Below, in pieces: positions 1 to 11,623 of a stretch of DNA of 36,526 nucleotides; position 1 is the stretch's first letter; every line of letters starts with the position of its first letter. The DNA comes from Gemmatimonadota bacterium. GTDB taxonomy: Bacteria > Gemmatimonadota > Gemmatimonadetes > Longimicrobiales > Gaopeijiaceae. The notes under the pieces are model-generated. The model was not told the origin of the DNA. It searched no databases and saw only the letters and a list, made by a program, of their open reading frames with translations. Where the stretch lies: positions 37,272-73,797 of the forward strand of contig DUCW01000183.1 in the NCBI GenBank assembly GCA_012959595.1. The letters are read 5' to 3'. Position numbers and translations under genes: made by a program.

Positions 1-2047
1 CAAAAATAGTGAAATCATGGTTCAGATTATGGTTATCAATAAGGTTGACAAAAATCTGGCCATCTCCAGTATCCCTGCCGCGGGTAGAGGTGCCCACTGT
101 TCCCCGCCAGTGTGCTAAAAGTCCGATTTCATCTCTAGTATACTCAGAGTGACCCGCATACTCATTCGCTCCTGGACTCAATCCCTGGATGACGAAATTA
201 CTGACCACCCTATGAAACGTTAATCCATTCAGTTGGCCATTCTCTGCCAAATTCTTGAACCTATACGCATGTGTAGGTGCCAGATCTGGTATCAGTGCAA
301 CTGGAATCTCTCCTCCCCGCTCCATGTGAAGAGTGACAACCGTATTTTCCATCTGTTCCAGCTCTATCCGAGAGGGCATGGGAAGGCGATCCAAAACCTG
401 AGGATCTACAGGCCAATCCTTACCGGTCCAGACCTTCAAAATTTCCGAGACTCTGTTAGCTATCACAGGATCATAATCCCGGAGGTATGGCTCCAGGGAT
501 ATCACCTGCCTCGATCCTCCGAATTCTCCTAGTCTTTCTAGGAGAGCCATTCTCGGATTACGATATGTCTGTTTCCGTTCTTGGGACATTCTCTTCAAGG
601 ATTCCACCAGAGGCTCAATAGCTTCGTGCGAATTGGGAGACCCTTCAAGTAGCTGTGCTACTGTCAAAATCAGGAACGGATCAATACTACCTAATTGAGC
701 TATGAGGACGGAATCAATATCGTCACCTTCGATTGCAAATAAAGCCTGCACTGCATGAACAAGCACATTTGAATCAGTGTCCTCCATCAGACCGAGTAGT
801 ACATCTAGATTTCCTGTGATCGCAGCGGCTCTAGCAGCATAAGATCTGGCAAATGGGCTCTGGTGGGAAACAAAATCCTCAATCAAGAGGTCTCCCCGTT
901 CACTAGATACTTCAGCCAACGCAACCAAAGCATGTGCCGCTCTGTGCCAATTATGAGGCTCCTGAGCAGAAGGATCTGAAATCAAAGAAGACAGCACAGC
1001 CTCAAATTCGTCCCCCCCTGTACATTCTCCACCTATTAGATTCAGAGCTGCTAATGACACATGTAAGTTCTCATCTTCAACCTTGGATAGTAGCAACTGA
1101 CATCCTTCCATATCTCGGGTTCGATTCGCATATGATTTTACTGCCTCCATTCGCACCATCGGTGAAGGATCTGATAACCCACCCTCTATGACCTGCAAAT
1201 CTCCTTCTAATTGTTGGCCCATAGCCAACATCGCTATCCTCCGGACCCCTGAATCTGCATCCTTGGTCGCCTGGATTAAGGTCTCAATCTCTACATTTTT
1301 CAGAGAGGATAGAGCCAGAATTGCCACCCTCCGAATGGTTGCTCTGGATTCCCATTCGGTCACCTTGCCGTCACCATCGGTTCCAGTATATCCTAGAAGC
1401 TCCTGCAGAAGTCGTACTACTCTAGCGGGCGGCTCATCGGTGCCGAACTGCAGTCCTCGAACCATAGACTCCAAACCCATAGCAACCCCGAGTACAACAG
1501 GCCGTTCCACCACCGAAATACCTTGCTCGAACATTTCAAGTAAAGCATTAACGACAAGCTGGTTTTTACTCTGGTTCGAGAAGGAAAGGCGTCCTAAAGT
1601 TCGAGCTATACCCCCCTTCACCTCTGCATTCTCTTCAACCAAAAGATGCTCTAGAAGGGTGTCGGCCACCTCATCACCGTCTGTCCGAAATACTGCCTGC
1701 CCTAATGCATTTACAGCAGAGAGACGCACCAGCCAATCCTGAGATTCCAAAGCTCTAGCGATCCTTGGAACATGCTCTTCCGACTCGAAGCGCCCCAACC
1801 CTTCAACGGCTAAGCGCTGGAGAGCAGGATCTGGATCATCTAGAGCTGAAATTATAGAAGACATACCATGCTTTCCACGATTATCAATCTCATCAAAGAC
1901 AGCTTGGTATTGTCCATCATCTAATCCGTCGCCACAACCTGACAACAGAATCGCCCCCAACAGAAACAGTTTTGATAACCTTTCTCCACCATTCTTTATT
2001 ACAGGTAACAACTCTGTATAGGGATCAATAATCAGCTGGAAAGGCAT
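1..2047 (-). CDS. HEAT-repeat lipoprotein with C-terminal cyclophilin-type peptidyl-prolyl isomerase domain (3' end runs off the window)
   Basis: The minus-strand frame is open from ATG at 2047 to the window edge. It is absent from the ORF track, presumably because it has no stop inside the window, and no shorter minus-strand ORFs are listed here. My translation starts MPFQLIIDPYTELLPVIKNGGERLSKLFLLGAILLSGCGDG, which contains the lipobox LLSGC. It continues with HEAT/PBS-lyase-like repeats (DPDPALQRLAVEGLGRF, DWLVRLSAVNALGQ). It ends in cyclophilin motifs (LTFHRVVSNFVIQG ... GRDTGDGQIFVNLIDNHNLNHDFTIFG). The start lies 4 nt after the stop of the upstream gene. The middle of the ORF was not translated codon by codon. 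Confidence 0.7.
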   Translation of the reverse strand, partial: MPFQLIIDPYTELLPVIKNGGERLSKLFLLGAILLSGCGDGLDDGQYQAVFDEIDNRGKHGMSSIISALDDPDPALQRLAVEGLGRFESEEHVPRIARALESQDWLVRLSAVNALGQAVFRTDGDEVADTLLEHLLVEENAEVKGGIARTLGRLSFSNQSKNQLVVNALLEMFEQGISVVERPVVLGVAMGLESMVRGLQFGTDEPPARVVRLLQELLGYTGTDGDGKVTEWESRATIRRVAILALSSLKNVEIETLIQATKDADSGVRRIAMLAMGQQLEGDLQVIEGGLSDPSPMVRMEAVKSYANRTRDMEGCQLLLSKVEDENLHVSLAALNLIGGECTGGDEFEAVLSSLISDPSAQEPHNWHRAAHALVALAEVSSERGDLLIEDFVSHQSPFARSYAARAAAITGNLDVLLGLMEDTDSNVLVHAVQALFAIEGDDIDSVLIAQLGSIDPFLILTVAQLLEGSPNSHEAIEPLVESLKRMSQERKQTYRNPRMALLERLGEFGGSRQVISLEPYLRDYDPVIANRVSEILKVWTGKDWPVDPQVLDRLPMPSRIELEQMENTVVTLHMERGGEIPVALIPDLAPTHAYRFKNLAENGQLNGLTFHRVVSNFVIQGLSPGANEYAGHSEYTRDEIGLLAHWRGTVGTSTRGRDTGDGQIFVNLIDNHNLNHDFTIF

Positions 2048-2051
2048 TCTC

Positions 2052-3326
2052 TCAAACTCCTCTGTCGGGTAACTCCAACTCTCCTTCGCTACGAGCGATG
2101 ACTGCAGCACAGCACAAATCACCCGTCACGTTTACTGCAGTTCTCAACATGTCTAAGATACGGTCAACACCCAAGATCAGAGCGATCCCAGCTTGTACAT
2201 GTGCTCCTAACCCCACCGAGTTGAGTACAATGATCAAGGTTATGATTCCTGCACTGGGAACTCCAGCCGCACCTACAGAAGCTAGTGTTGCTGTCATTAC
2301 AACCACCAGCTGCTCTCCCACCCCTAAGGGTATTCCATAGATTTGAGCTATAAACATTACTGCCACAGCCTGATATAGGGCGGTTCCGTCCATATTAATA
2401 GTTGCCCCCAGAGGAAGAACGAAACTTGAAACAGACTTCGAAACTCCAAGATTTTCTTCGGCAGTCTCCATGGTGAGTGGAAGTGTCGCACTGGAAGATG
2501 AAGTTGAAAAAGCTACCAAGGGAACGGAAGACATTCTAGAGAAAAACGTTCTTGGCTTTATTCTAGCAAAAAAACGAACCGCTGATGTATAGGTGATCAG
2601 CACGTGTAGGAATAGTCCTGCCACTACGACCAAAGCGTAGACAAGTAGACTTCGCAACAGATCTAGACCAAACTGGGCTACAATGGGAGCGATCAATGCA
2701 AAAACTGCGACAGGTGCAAGTTTCATAATCCAACCTATGACCACCACCGAGGCACCGTTGATTCCCTCGAAAAATCCCAGTACTGCATCTCTCTTTTTGA
2801 ATTCCAGAGTACTTATAGCTGCTCCAAATACGATGGTAAAAAATATCAAAGCCAGTAAATCGAACTCTGCTGCTGCCTGCACCGGATTTCTAGGAATTAT
2901 GTTCAATAAAGTCTCTACTACTCCAGGTGCATTTTCTGCGAGATCAACTCTACCTACAGCATCCTGTTCGAATCTAGAAGACAGTGCATTGCGCGTCGCT
3001 TCGTCGATACCGTTACCCGGACGGACCAGATTGGATATGCCTAAACCAATCATGACTGCTACAGCTGTAGTAGTCATGTAGTAACCGATTGTTTTACCTC
3101 CAATCCTTCCTAATTTCCTGAGATCCCCAAGAGAGGCCGTGCCCAGCATCAGACTAGCCACTACTAATGGGATGACTACCATCGTTATTCCTTGGATCCA
3201 AGCTGTACCTAAGGGTTCTAGAGCCTGTAGTATATTCTTCAGCCAATTGAGGCTAAGAGCATTAGCTACTACACCAGTCAAGACTCCGCTCAATAGTCCA
3301 ATCAAAATTTTGGTGGGTAATCCCAT
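2052..3326 (-). CDS. dicarboxylate/amino acid:cation symporter (DAACS / GltP family)
   Basis: A 424-aa polytopic membrane ORF. KILIGLLSGVLTGV, MVVIPLVVASLMLGTASLGDLRKLGRIGGKT and GVDRILDMLRTAVNVTGD are typical of the sodium:dicarboxylate symporter family. Confidence 0.85.
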   Translation of the reverse strand: MGLPTKILIGLLSGVLTGVVANALSLNWLKNILQALEPLGTAWIQGITMVVIPLVVASLMLGTASLGDLRKLGRIGGKTIGYYMTTTAVAVMIGLGISNLVRPGNGIDEATRNALSSRFEQDAVGRVDLAENAPGVVETLLNIIPRNPVQAAAEFDLLALIFFTIVFGAAISTLEFKKRDAVLGFFEGINGASVVVIGWIMKLAPVAVFALIAPIVAQFGLDLLRSLLVYALVVVAGLFLHVLITYTSAVRFFARIKPRTFFSRMSSVPLVAFSTSSSSATLPLTMETAEENLGVSKSVSSFVLPLGATINMDGTALYQAVAVMFIAQIYGIPLGVGEQLVVVMTATLASVGAAGVPSAGIITLIIVLNSVGLGAHVQAGIALILGVDRILDMLRTAVNVTGDLCCAAVIARSEGELELPDRGV

Positions 3327-3564
3327 GGAGTTTTCCTATCTCGAAAATGTTTAGGTATCGTGAACGCGAAAATAGAGGATAGCTATCATCGCAGACAAGG
3401 TGCCACCAACATCTCCAATCTATCTCATGGAACAATCTGTTCTGTGTTCAGCCGATCAACCTCACTCTTTTCGGAACATTAATGACACCGCATGTTGCCT
3501 ATTCAGTACCAATGTCAAAGGTTCCCTCAGGCAAAAACATTCTACCATTATCAAAGAGGTACCA

Positions 3565-5253
3565 GTGAGCTCAGGAACATTAGCAGGGCTAGCCAGCCTT
3601 CCAATTCTTCTGGCAGGAACATTATTAGTGGGTTTTCGTACTCCGGCCAGGATTGCAATGCCAATTGTCTACGTAACTGCCGCTGTCATTGCTTTCTATT
3701 TTTGGGACATGTCTTTGGCTAATGTTGCCGCATCATCAGTGGAAGGATTATTTACTACTTTTGACCTACTGCTGATTATTTTTGGTGCCATATTCCTGCT
3801 AAATACACTGGAAAGATCAGGCGGTGTCTCAGCAATCCGGAGGAGTTTCAATAGTATCAGTGACGACAGGAGAATCCAGGTAGTCATTTTAGCTTGGCTT
3901 TTCGGATCATTCATAGAAGGGGCTTCTGGCTTTGGAACTCCCGCTGCTGTAGCTGCTCCACTAATGGTAGCCATGGGATTCCCAGCAGCTGGTGCTGTAA
4001 TGCTGGGGATGATGATACAAAGTACCCCTGTGACTTTTGGGGCAGTCGGCACTCCAATCTTGGTCGGTGTCCAGGAGGGAGTAGCTAGTCCTGAATTCTT
4101 AGCTATGCTGACAGCCTCCGGGGTCACTATGGGTCAATATGTAAACGCAGTAGCCGTCCGAGCCGCCGTCATTCATGGAATCACTGGTACTTTAATGCCG
4201 ACGCTAATGGTGGTGATGATGACCCGTTTCTTTGGAGCAAACCGTTCCTGGACTGAAGGATTATCGATTCTCCCATTCACATTATTCGGTGGAATAGCTT
4301 TTACAGTCCCCTATGTTATGACCGCATGGATCCTAGGTCCCGAATTTCCTTCGCTTGTAGGTGGGCTCGTAGGGTTAGCCATTGTTTCTTTTACAACCCG
4401 GCGGGGATTCCTTGTACCTGAAGATACCTGGGACTTTCCTGATCGTAAGAATTGGCCCTCAGATTGGAACAGCGACCTAGATGAGAAATCGAATAAGGTA
4501 GAGGAAAGGGCACATATGTCATCTCCTAAGGCTTGGGCACCCTACTTGATATTAGCTTTCTTTCTAATCCTAAGTCGACTCCCTTCTCTCCCAGTTGGTG
4601 CAGTTCTGAGAAGCCTGAGGTTCGAGTGGACAGAAATACTAGGTACATCCATTACCGCTGGAACCACACCGTTATACCTTCCCGGAACCATCATGATCGT
4701 AGTGGTTGTCATAACAGCCTTCATGCATCGTATGGATCCCAGTAGCCTGAAGAGTGCATTCGTCGATTCTAGTAAAGTCCTTGCTGGAGCTGGATTTGTA
4801 CTCGTATTTACGGTCCCTATGGTTAAAGTTTATATAAACTCAGGAATCAATGATTCTGGTTTTGCGTCGATGCCCCTTGCAATGGCAGATTGGGTTGCCA
4901 CCACCGTAGGCGGTATCTGGCCATTATTTGCTGGCCCAACAGGAGCATTGGGAGCATTCATCGCTGGCTCAAACACCGTGAGCAATTTAATGTTTGCCGC
5001 TTTCCAACATGAGGTCGCAGTTCGTCTAACCATCTCGAGTGCGATGATAGTGGCACTCCAAGCTGTAGGTGCAGCAGCTGGTAACATGATCGCAATCCAT
5101 AACGTTGTAGCTGCGTCAGCAACCGTTGGTCTTTTAGGAAAAGAGGGGGCTACACTAAGAAAAACTATCCTTCCCACGATATATTATCTTCTGGTGGTTG
5201 GTTTATTAGGCATGGTCGCAGTTTCCATCCTAAAAACTCCTGGCCCCTTATAA
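3565..5253 (+). CDS. lctP: L-lactate/glycolate permease (LctP family)
   Basis: The track ORF is 3400..5253. Family motifs are [27 protein letters not shown] and [15 protein letters not shown] moved the start to the in-frame GTG at 3565, which has AGAGG 5 nt upstream. This gives about 562 aa, with the first TM helix ([10 protein letters not shown]) placed as in LldP. The 55 codons upstream look non-coding. The start is uncertain. Confidence 0.82.
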   Translation: MSSGTLAGLASLPILLAGTLLVGFRTPARIAMPIVYVTAAVIAFYFWDMSLANVAASSVEGLFTTFDLLLIIFGAIFLLNTLERSGGVSAIRRSFNSISDDRRIQVVILAWLFGSFIEGASGFGTPAAVAAPLMVAMGFPAAGAVMLGMMIQSTPVTFGAVGTPILVGVQEGVASPEFLAMLTASGVTMGQYVNAVAVRAAVIHGITGTLMPTLMVVMMTRFFGANRSWTEGLSILPFTLFGGIAFTVPYVMTAWILGPEFPSLVGGLVGLAIVSFTTRRGFLVPEDTWDFPDRKNWPSDWNSDLDEKSNKVEERAHMSSPKAWAPYLILAFFLILSRLPSLPVGAVLRSLRFEWTEILGTSITAGTTPLYLPGTIMIVVVVITAFMHRMDPSSLKSAFVDSSKVLAGAGFVLVFTVPMVKVYINSGINDSGFASMPLAMADWVATTVGGIWPLFAGPTGALGAFIAGSNTVSNLMFAAFQHEVAVRLTISSAMIVALQAVGAAAGNMIAIHNVVAASATVGLLGKEGATLRKTILPTIYYLLVVGLLGMVAVSILKTPGPL

Positions 5254-5443
5254 ATAAGTATCCGGAATATGGGTGCCTATGACCTCACGAGATTAATTGA
5301 GACCCATTTCCACTATTCTTCTTAAAGAGACAGTTTTAAGTTTTGGCATATTATTGTCATGCTTCAAATGATGGAGCATCCAAACCCATTAAAACTAAAA
5401 GCAATCGGACTTAGGTATTAACTGTATTTTGCGTTTATACAGA

Positions 5444-6028
5444 TCAACTTTTTCGACCCGCATATGGTAGCCCAGGGATAAATAACCGCGACTGGATTTC
5501 TTCTTCTGCAGGAAAAAAATTTTTCGTACAATTTTCAAATCTACCTTGCAGGTCAAATGCAACAGACTCTAAAGGAATCGTCATATAGTTAAATCCGCTT
5601 TGTACAAAAGAGCTGACGTACCTTCTGGCAAATTCGTGTATGCCAAGAATCTTAAACTGTACCACATGCACCAGTTCATGGAAGAGAATAGAGTGGGAAA
5701 GAGGCCCAGCCGTCTGGGTTTCACTTATCAGAATCACATCCCCAAAGGTAATGGCGGCCCAAACATCAAAATCCAGCGGCACAGATTCTCCCGCATCTTC
5801 AAAAGCACTGTAAAAAGAAGGATTATCAATTACAGGAACTCTTCTGATTCTCACTCTGTCCAACGTATCTCTATTGAAAAATCCTTGAAGTGCGGCCAGG
5901 GTAGTCTCAGACAAGGGCTCAGCTAGTGCCCTATGTATTGTACGCTGATTCATAATCCAAGAACTGGCGTTGTCCACTAAATAAGACACTTGCTCCTGGA
6001 TGCTCAGACCTCGTATTGTATTCACCAT
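5444..6028 (-). CDS. small stand-alone zincin-like protein (DUF4157-like, HExxH motif)
   Basis: A 194-aa ORF starting 6 nt downstream of gyrB. DRVRIRR ... AAITFGDVILIS ... ILFHELVHVVQ resembles the DUF4157 pattern (VRvH ... AfT.G..I.f ... HELtHVvQ). Confidence 0.55.
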   Translation of the reverse strand: MVNTIRGLSIQEQVSYLVDNASSWIMNQRTIHRALAEPLSETTLAALQGFFNRDTLDRVRIRRVPVIDNPSFYSAFEDAGESVPLDFDVWAAITFGDVILISETQTAGPLSHSILFHELVHVVQFKILGIHEFARRYVSSFVQSGFNYMTIPLESVAFDLQGRFENCTKNFFPAEEEIQSRLFIPGLPYAGRKS

Positions 6029-6034
6029 TGATTT

Positions 6035-8017
<1,983 letters not shown>

Positions 8018-8034
8018 CTAAAGTCAGACTTAAA

Positions 8035-8340
8035 TCACTTTTCCATCAACCTAAAGATGATTCGTTCTAGTTTTGCCTCCTTAGGAAGGCCTTGGTTAAT
8101 CTTAGCTAGTAATGTCTTCTTAATGAAACTTAGTTCGGTAAGCCATATACTACTCTGAACATCAACAAACAAGGTGGCTCCCTGCACTGCCTTAGCTTCC
8201 GTTACTTTGGCGATTTTTTTCCCTGCCACTGAATCCCAGCTGTCCAGAATATCAGTTCGGGAAATTTGGGTAGCAAGTCCACGTTTTTTTAGGATTATAT
8301 CTAGAAAATCTCCAATCTTTTCAGGCTGAGCATTCTTCAT
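8035..8340 (-). CDS. DUF721 (DciA-like) protein
   Basis: A small basic ORF between recF and gyrB, the canonical DUF721 position. I prefer the ATG at 8340, which overlaps the recF TGA as ATGA, over the longer track start at 8370. The sequence is MKNAQPEKIGDFLDIILKKRGL ... ATLFVDVQSSIWLTELSF. Confidence 0.7.
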   Translation of the reverse strand: MKNAQPEKIGDFLDIILKKRGLATQISRTDILDSWDSVAGKKIAKVTEAKAVQGATLFVDVQSSIWLTELSFIKKTLLAKINQGLPKEAKLERIIFRLMEK

Positions 8341-9458
8341 GCGTATATTTTGCCGTCCCTGATTCCCCATTGGTAGAGATTCTCTCCATGGATTTGCACA
8401 TCACTTTCTTTAGGTGCCGTCATAATTACCTGGCCAAATCGATCTTGATCCATCAATGAAAGGACTCTCTCTCTCCTACCATCATCTAGCTCTGCAAACG
8501 CATCATCCAAAAGAAGAATCGGCTGGACCCCCCTTGAACCCAGAATAGTATCTCCTTCAATCAGCCTTAATGCCAAAGCTGCTGTTCTACGTTGACCCCC
8601 TGACCCAATCTCCCTGATTTCCCCTAGGGTTCTTCCTTCCTGCAAAGTCAGTAATAACTCATCGAGATGAGGGCCCTGACTAGTATTCTTCCTGAAAATA
8701 TCCCTCGACCAACTCTCCTCCAGTACTTGCAAGCATTTGGAATAAACTTGTTCCCTATTCCAATCCTCGATAGCGACTTTAGAGACATAGGACATTGAAG
8801 CAGAAATCTTACCACTGATCATCTCATAGTATCTGCGAAAATCTCCACTTCGTTCTTTAACCCAATCTGCTCTTGCTATCATAATCTCAGAAGCACTTCG
8901 AGCCAGAGAATCGTCCCACGCCCTCACTGCCATCATATCAGCACTGGAGCGTAAAGAAGCATTCCTTTGTGCAAGAATATGTTTGTAAGTTTGTAAAGAT
9001 CCTAGATAACCCTCCCGATTCAACGATAAGAGAACATCCAAATAACGACGGCGAGCACTGGGACCAGCATCAATAATACCTACATCAGCAGGTGAAAAAA
9101 CTACCGCCGCCAAGTGTCCAATCGCATCACCCACACGTGCAGGCTGATCTCCATTTATAGTTATTCTCCGTCGTCGACTAGACGTTTCATAGGCTGCGAC
9201 TATCTGGGTCGCCAATTTCCCTCCTTCCCCTGATTCGATTGAACCTTCGACTCTAAAAACATCTTCTCCAAAGGCTACCAAGTTCTGTGGTTTCGATCCC
9301 CTAAAAGACCTAAAGATTTCAAGGTAGTAGATAGCTTCCAGAAGATTTGACTTCCCCTGAGCATTTGGACCGACAATGGCAACTCCCTCTTCTGGAAAAG
9401 AAAGCTCTTGGACCCCAAGGTTTCGGAAAAGCCGGAGTTTCAGTTCGCTTAGATGCAA
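8337..9458 (-). CDS. recF: DNA replication/repair protein RecF
   Basis: 373 aa with a TTG start. It has N-terminal LSELKLRLFRNL, Walker A GPNAQGKSNLLEA, the signature GSGGQRRTAALALRL, and Walker B LLLDDAFAELD. Confidence 0.92.
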   Translation of the reverse strand: MHLSELKLRLFRNLGVQELSFPEEGVAIVGPNAQGKSNLLEAIYYLEIFRSFRGSKPQNLVAFGEDVFRVEGSIESGEGGKLATQIVAAYETSSRRRRITINGDQPARVGDAIGHLAAVVFSPADVGIIDAGPSARRRYLDVLLSLNREGYLGSLQTYKHILAQRNASLRSSADMMAVRAWDDSLARSASEIMIARADWVKERSGDFRRYYEMISGKISASMSYVSKVAIEDWNREQVYSKCLQVLEESWSRDIFRKNTSQGPHLDELLLTLQEGRTLGEIREIGSGGQRRTAALALRLIEGDTILGSRGVQPILLLDDAFAELDDGRRERVLSLMDQDRFGQVIMTAPKESDVQIHGENLYQWGIRDGKIYA

Positions 9459-9540
9459 AAGAAAAGGGATCCATAAGACGTCGTATTAACACATAAAACT
9501 AACTCCAAAATAGCTGCATTGCTAGCCTTGAGCACCCCAG

Positions 9541-10326
9541 CTACACTCCTTTGAATACTGGTTTTCGCTTCTCCAAAAATGCCCCCACACCCTCTTTCAT
9601 ATCTTCAGTCCCTGTAAGCTGACCAAAGAGGTCATTCTCCATAATAAAAGACTCTATAGCTCTAGAGTCCTGGGCAAAATAGAGAGACTGGATGGCCTTC
9701 TGGATCGCCTGGGGCGAGTGTCTAGTAATACTGCCTAAGAAGTCCTTAGATCGAGAAAGAAGCTCATCGGGCTCGAACACCGCACTGACCAAACCAAAAT
9801 GCTCAGCCCTATCAGCAGTAATCATATTACCCGTCAAAATCATTTCTATAGCTCGACCAAACCCAACCACCCTGGAGAGTCTAACTGTTCCTCCAAATCC
9901 TGGAATTATTCCAAGACCAACCTCAGGGAATCCAAACTTAGCATTCTTACTTGCAACCCTCAGATGACAAGCCAAAGCCAACTCACATCCGCCCCCCAAT
10001 GCATATCCATTTACTGCTGCAAGCACAGGTGTCCGGAAGTTCTCGATCAAAGTGAATACTCTCTGCCCTTCACCACTCTGACTTCTCCCTGATTGTCTAT
10101 TTAAATCAGCCAGTTCCTCTATATCAGCACCAGCTACAAAAGATTTGTTGCCTCTACCGATAAGAATCACTCCTCGAAGGTTCTCGTCCTGGGACAGATC
10201 AGTAAAAACTCCCTCCAACTCTTGCAACATCTTGTAGTTCAGTGCATTGAGTTTACCCTGCCTATCGATTGCAACGATAGCAATTTCATTCTCTTTTTCC
10301 ACACTAAGATATTCCAACTCAGTCAT
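9541..10326 (-). CDS. enoyl-CoA hydratase/isomerase (crotonase) family protein
   Basis: Crotonase motifs are FVAGADIEEL, AVNGYALGGGCELALACHLRVAS and FGFPEVGLGIIPGFGGTVRL. I prefer the ATG at 10326 (AGGTGG upstream) over the TTG at 10356. Confidence 0.88.
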   Translation of the reverse strand: MTELEYLSVEKENEIAIVAIDRQGKLNALNYKMLQELEGVFTDLSQDENLRGVILIGRGNKSFVAGADIEELADLNRQSGRSQSGEGQRVFTLIENFRTPVLAAVNGYALGGGCELALACHLRVASKNAKFGFPEVGLGIIPGFGGTVRLSRVVGFGRAIEMILTGNMITADRAEHFGLVSAVFEPDELLSRSKDFLGSITRHSPQAIQKAIQSLYFAQDSRAIESFIMENDLFGQLTGTEDMKEGVGAFLEKRKPVFKGV

Positions 10327-10506
10327 GACCCACCTATAATAGCTGTCAACACACAATTATCAATGAAATTCCAGATGAAAATATCTCACTATACACCAAG
10401 GCGCCAGCCAACCATGGCGCCTACTCCCAGCTGTAAGTAGTTTGAGGGCAAACAAGTGACAATCCCAACATTTTTCACAGATACTACATCCAAGGAGCAA
10501 CACAGA

Positions 10507-10941
10507 ATGAGCCGATCATTGAACAAGATTATGCTCATCGGGCACGTAGGAAATGACCCCGAAATCCGAGCCACTGCCAGCGGTAATCCAAATGTCAATT
10601 TTTCATTGGCAACCAGCCGAACATGGAAAGATCGCGATGGACAACAGCAAGAAAAGACCGAATGGCATCGATGCACTGCATGGGGAAAGTTAGCTGAAAT
10701 TATAGGGATGTACGTAAAAAAAGGTAAACAGATATACGTAGAGGGAAGTGTAGAGTACTCAGAAACCGAAAATGATGGCCAAAAGCGTTACTGGACCAAC
10801 ATTAACGTACGGGACATGCAGATGTTAGGATCGAAAGATGACAGCGTAGGTGACTCCGGAAGCTATAGCCCCAAACCTCCAGCCCCTCCTGAAAGCCCTA
10901 AAAAACCGATATCTGATCCTGATGATGATCTTCCATTCTAA
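10507..10941 (+). CDS. ssb: single-stranded DNA-binding protein
   Basis: It has MSRSLNKIMLIGHVGNDPEIR ... TEWHRCTAWGKLAEI, a Pro-rich linker and the acidic tail DPDDDLPF. The ATG at 10507 has AAGGAG 9 nt upstream. The longer track ORF from 10456 is unlikely. Confidence 0.93.
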   Translation: MSRSLNKIMLIGHVGNDPEIRATASGNPNVNFSLATSRTWKDRDGQQQEKTEWHRCTAWGKLAEIIGMYVKKGKQIYVEGSVEYSETENDGQKRYWTNINVRDMQMLGSKDDSVGDSGSYSPKPPAPPESPKKPISDPDDDLPF

Positions 10942-10983
10942 ATCCTCAAGAACTGAGAAATCACCCTCAGGGGTACCGCCCCT

Positions 10984-11307
10984 CTACTTCCAGAGGGCTA
11001 GGAATTTATCTTCAAACTTGCCCGTGTTTTCCTTGTATTCCTCTACCCATTCTTGAAATGAAGGTAAGGCCAGCCTTTTAGATATTCCTCCTTGGGCCAA
11101 TCTAACTAGATCTTCGTAAGAGGGTTCTCCCGTCATTCCGTCCGATAGGTGGGCTTCCCTGGCCAAAAGATAAATTTCATCAGGAGATAGTAAAAGAAGA
11201 TGCTCCGCTATTTGAGCAGAACAATAATCTAAATACTTATCTTTGAGTTCTGATTCCTGAACATTTTCTTTTTCTTGATCAGAAAAACTCGACTGGATGT
11301 CACCCAA
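10984..11307 (-). CDS. hypothetical acidic protein
   Basis: A 107-aa ORF with a TTG start, convergent with ssb. It has plausible protein-like composition (helical, acidic). I recognise no motif. Confidence 0.45.
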   Translation of the reverse strand: MGDIQSSFSDQEKENVQESELKDKYLDYCSAQIAEHLLLLSPDEIYLLAREAHLSDGMTGEPSYEDLVRLAQGGISKRLALPSFQEWVEEYKENTGKFEDKFLALWK

Positions 11308-11419
11308 TTGAAGCCTCCAAGTACTCTAACTAACACAAGCACAAAATCCCTCCTGGGAGTTCATGCTATGCATTTAAACCTTCTTAGGTTTATTTCGGCA
11401 CTGGAGACACGTCAAGACC

Positions 11420-11623
11420 TTAGAAAACAGCTTGTACCTCTGTACTTCCTTGCTGAGCAACCTCACTGTTCCCTTTCAAATGCTCATACAGCGTCCTCCT
11501 AGTGAGTCCGTACAGCACAATTTTGCTCATAAATTCGGGATCTGCTTTTTGAATGGCCTCAACTTTTTCTGCCAAATCAGCTGGTAACTCTACTTCGATC
11601 TGTACTGGACAAGTATCCCACAT
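11420..11623 (-). CDS. hypothetical small protein, possible ribbon-helix-helix fold
   Basis: 67 aa. VQIEVELPADLAEKVEAIQKADPEFMSKIVLYGLTRR has the strand-helix-helix pattern typical of CopG/Arc-type RHH proteins. This rests on pattern recognition only. Confidence 0.45.
   Translation of the reverse strand: MWDTCPVQIEVELPADLAEKVEAIQKADPEFMSKIVLYGLTRRTLYEHLKGNSEVAQQGSTEVQAVF

Noticed and set aside
1188-1742. Long plus-strand ORFs (233..532, 934..1191, 1188..1742) in the first 2 kb.
   Set aside because: Their composition is low-complexity and Ser/Pro/Arg/Thr-rich. They lie antisense to a continuous minus-strand frame that encodes recognisable HEAT and cyclophilin motifs. They are shadow ORFs.
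3378-3387. A perfect 10-bp palindrome, GATAGCTATC, in the gltP-like/lctP divergent region.
   Set aside because: A 10-bp perfect palindrome is expected dozens of times by chance in 36 kb. There is no cognate regulator gene nearby.
3400-3564. A 55-codon N-terminal extension of the lactate permease ORF from GTG 3400.
   Set aside because: The extension ([24 protein letters not shown]...) is not membrane-like and would make the protein longer than family members. An in-frame GTG at 3565 with an RBS fits better.
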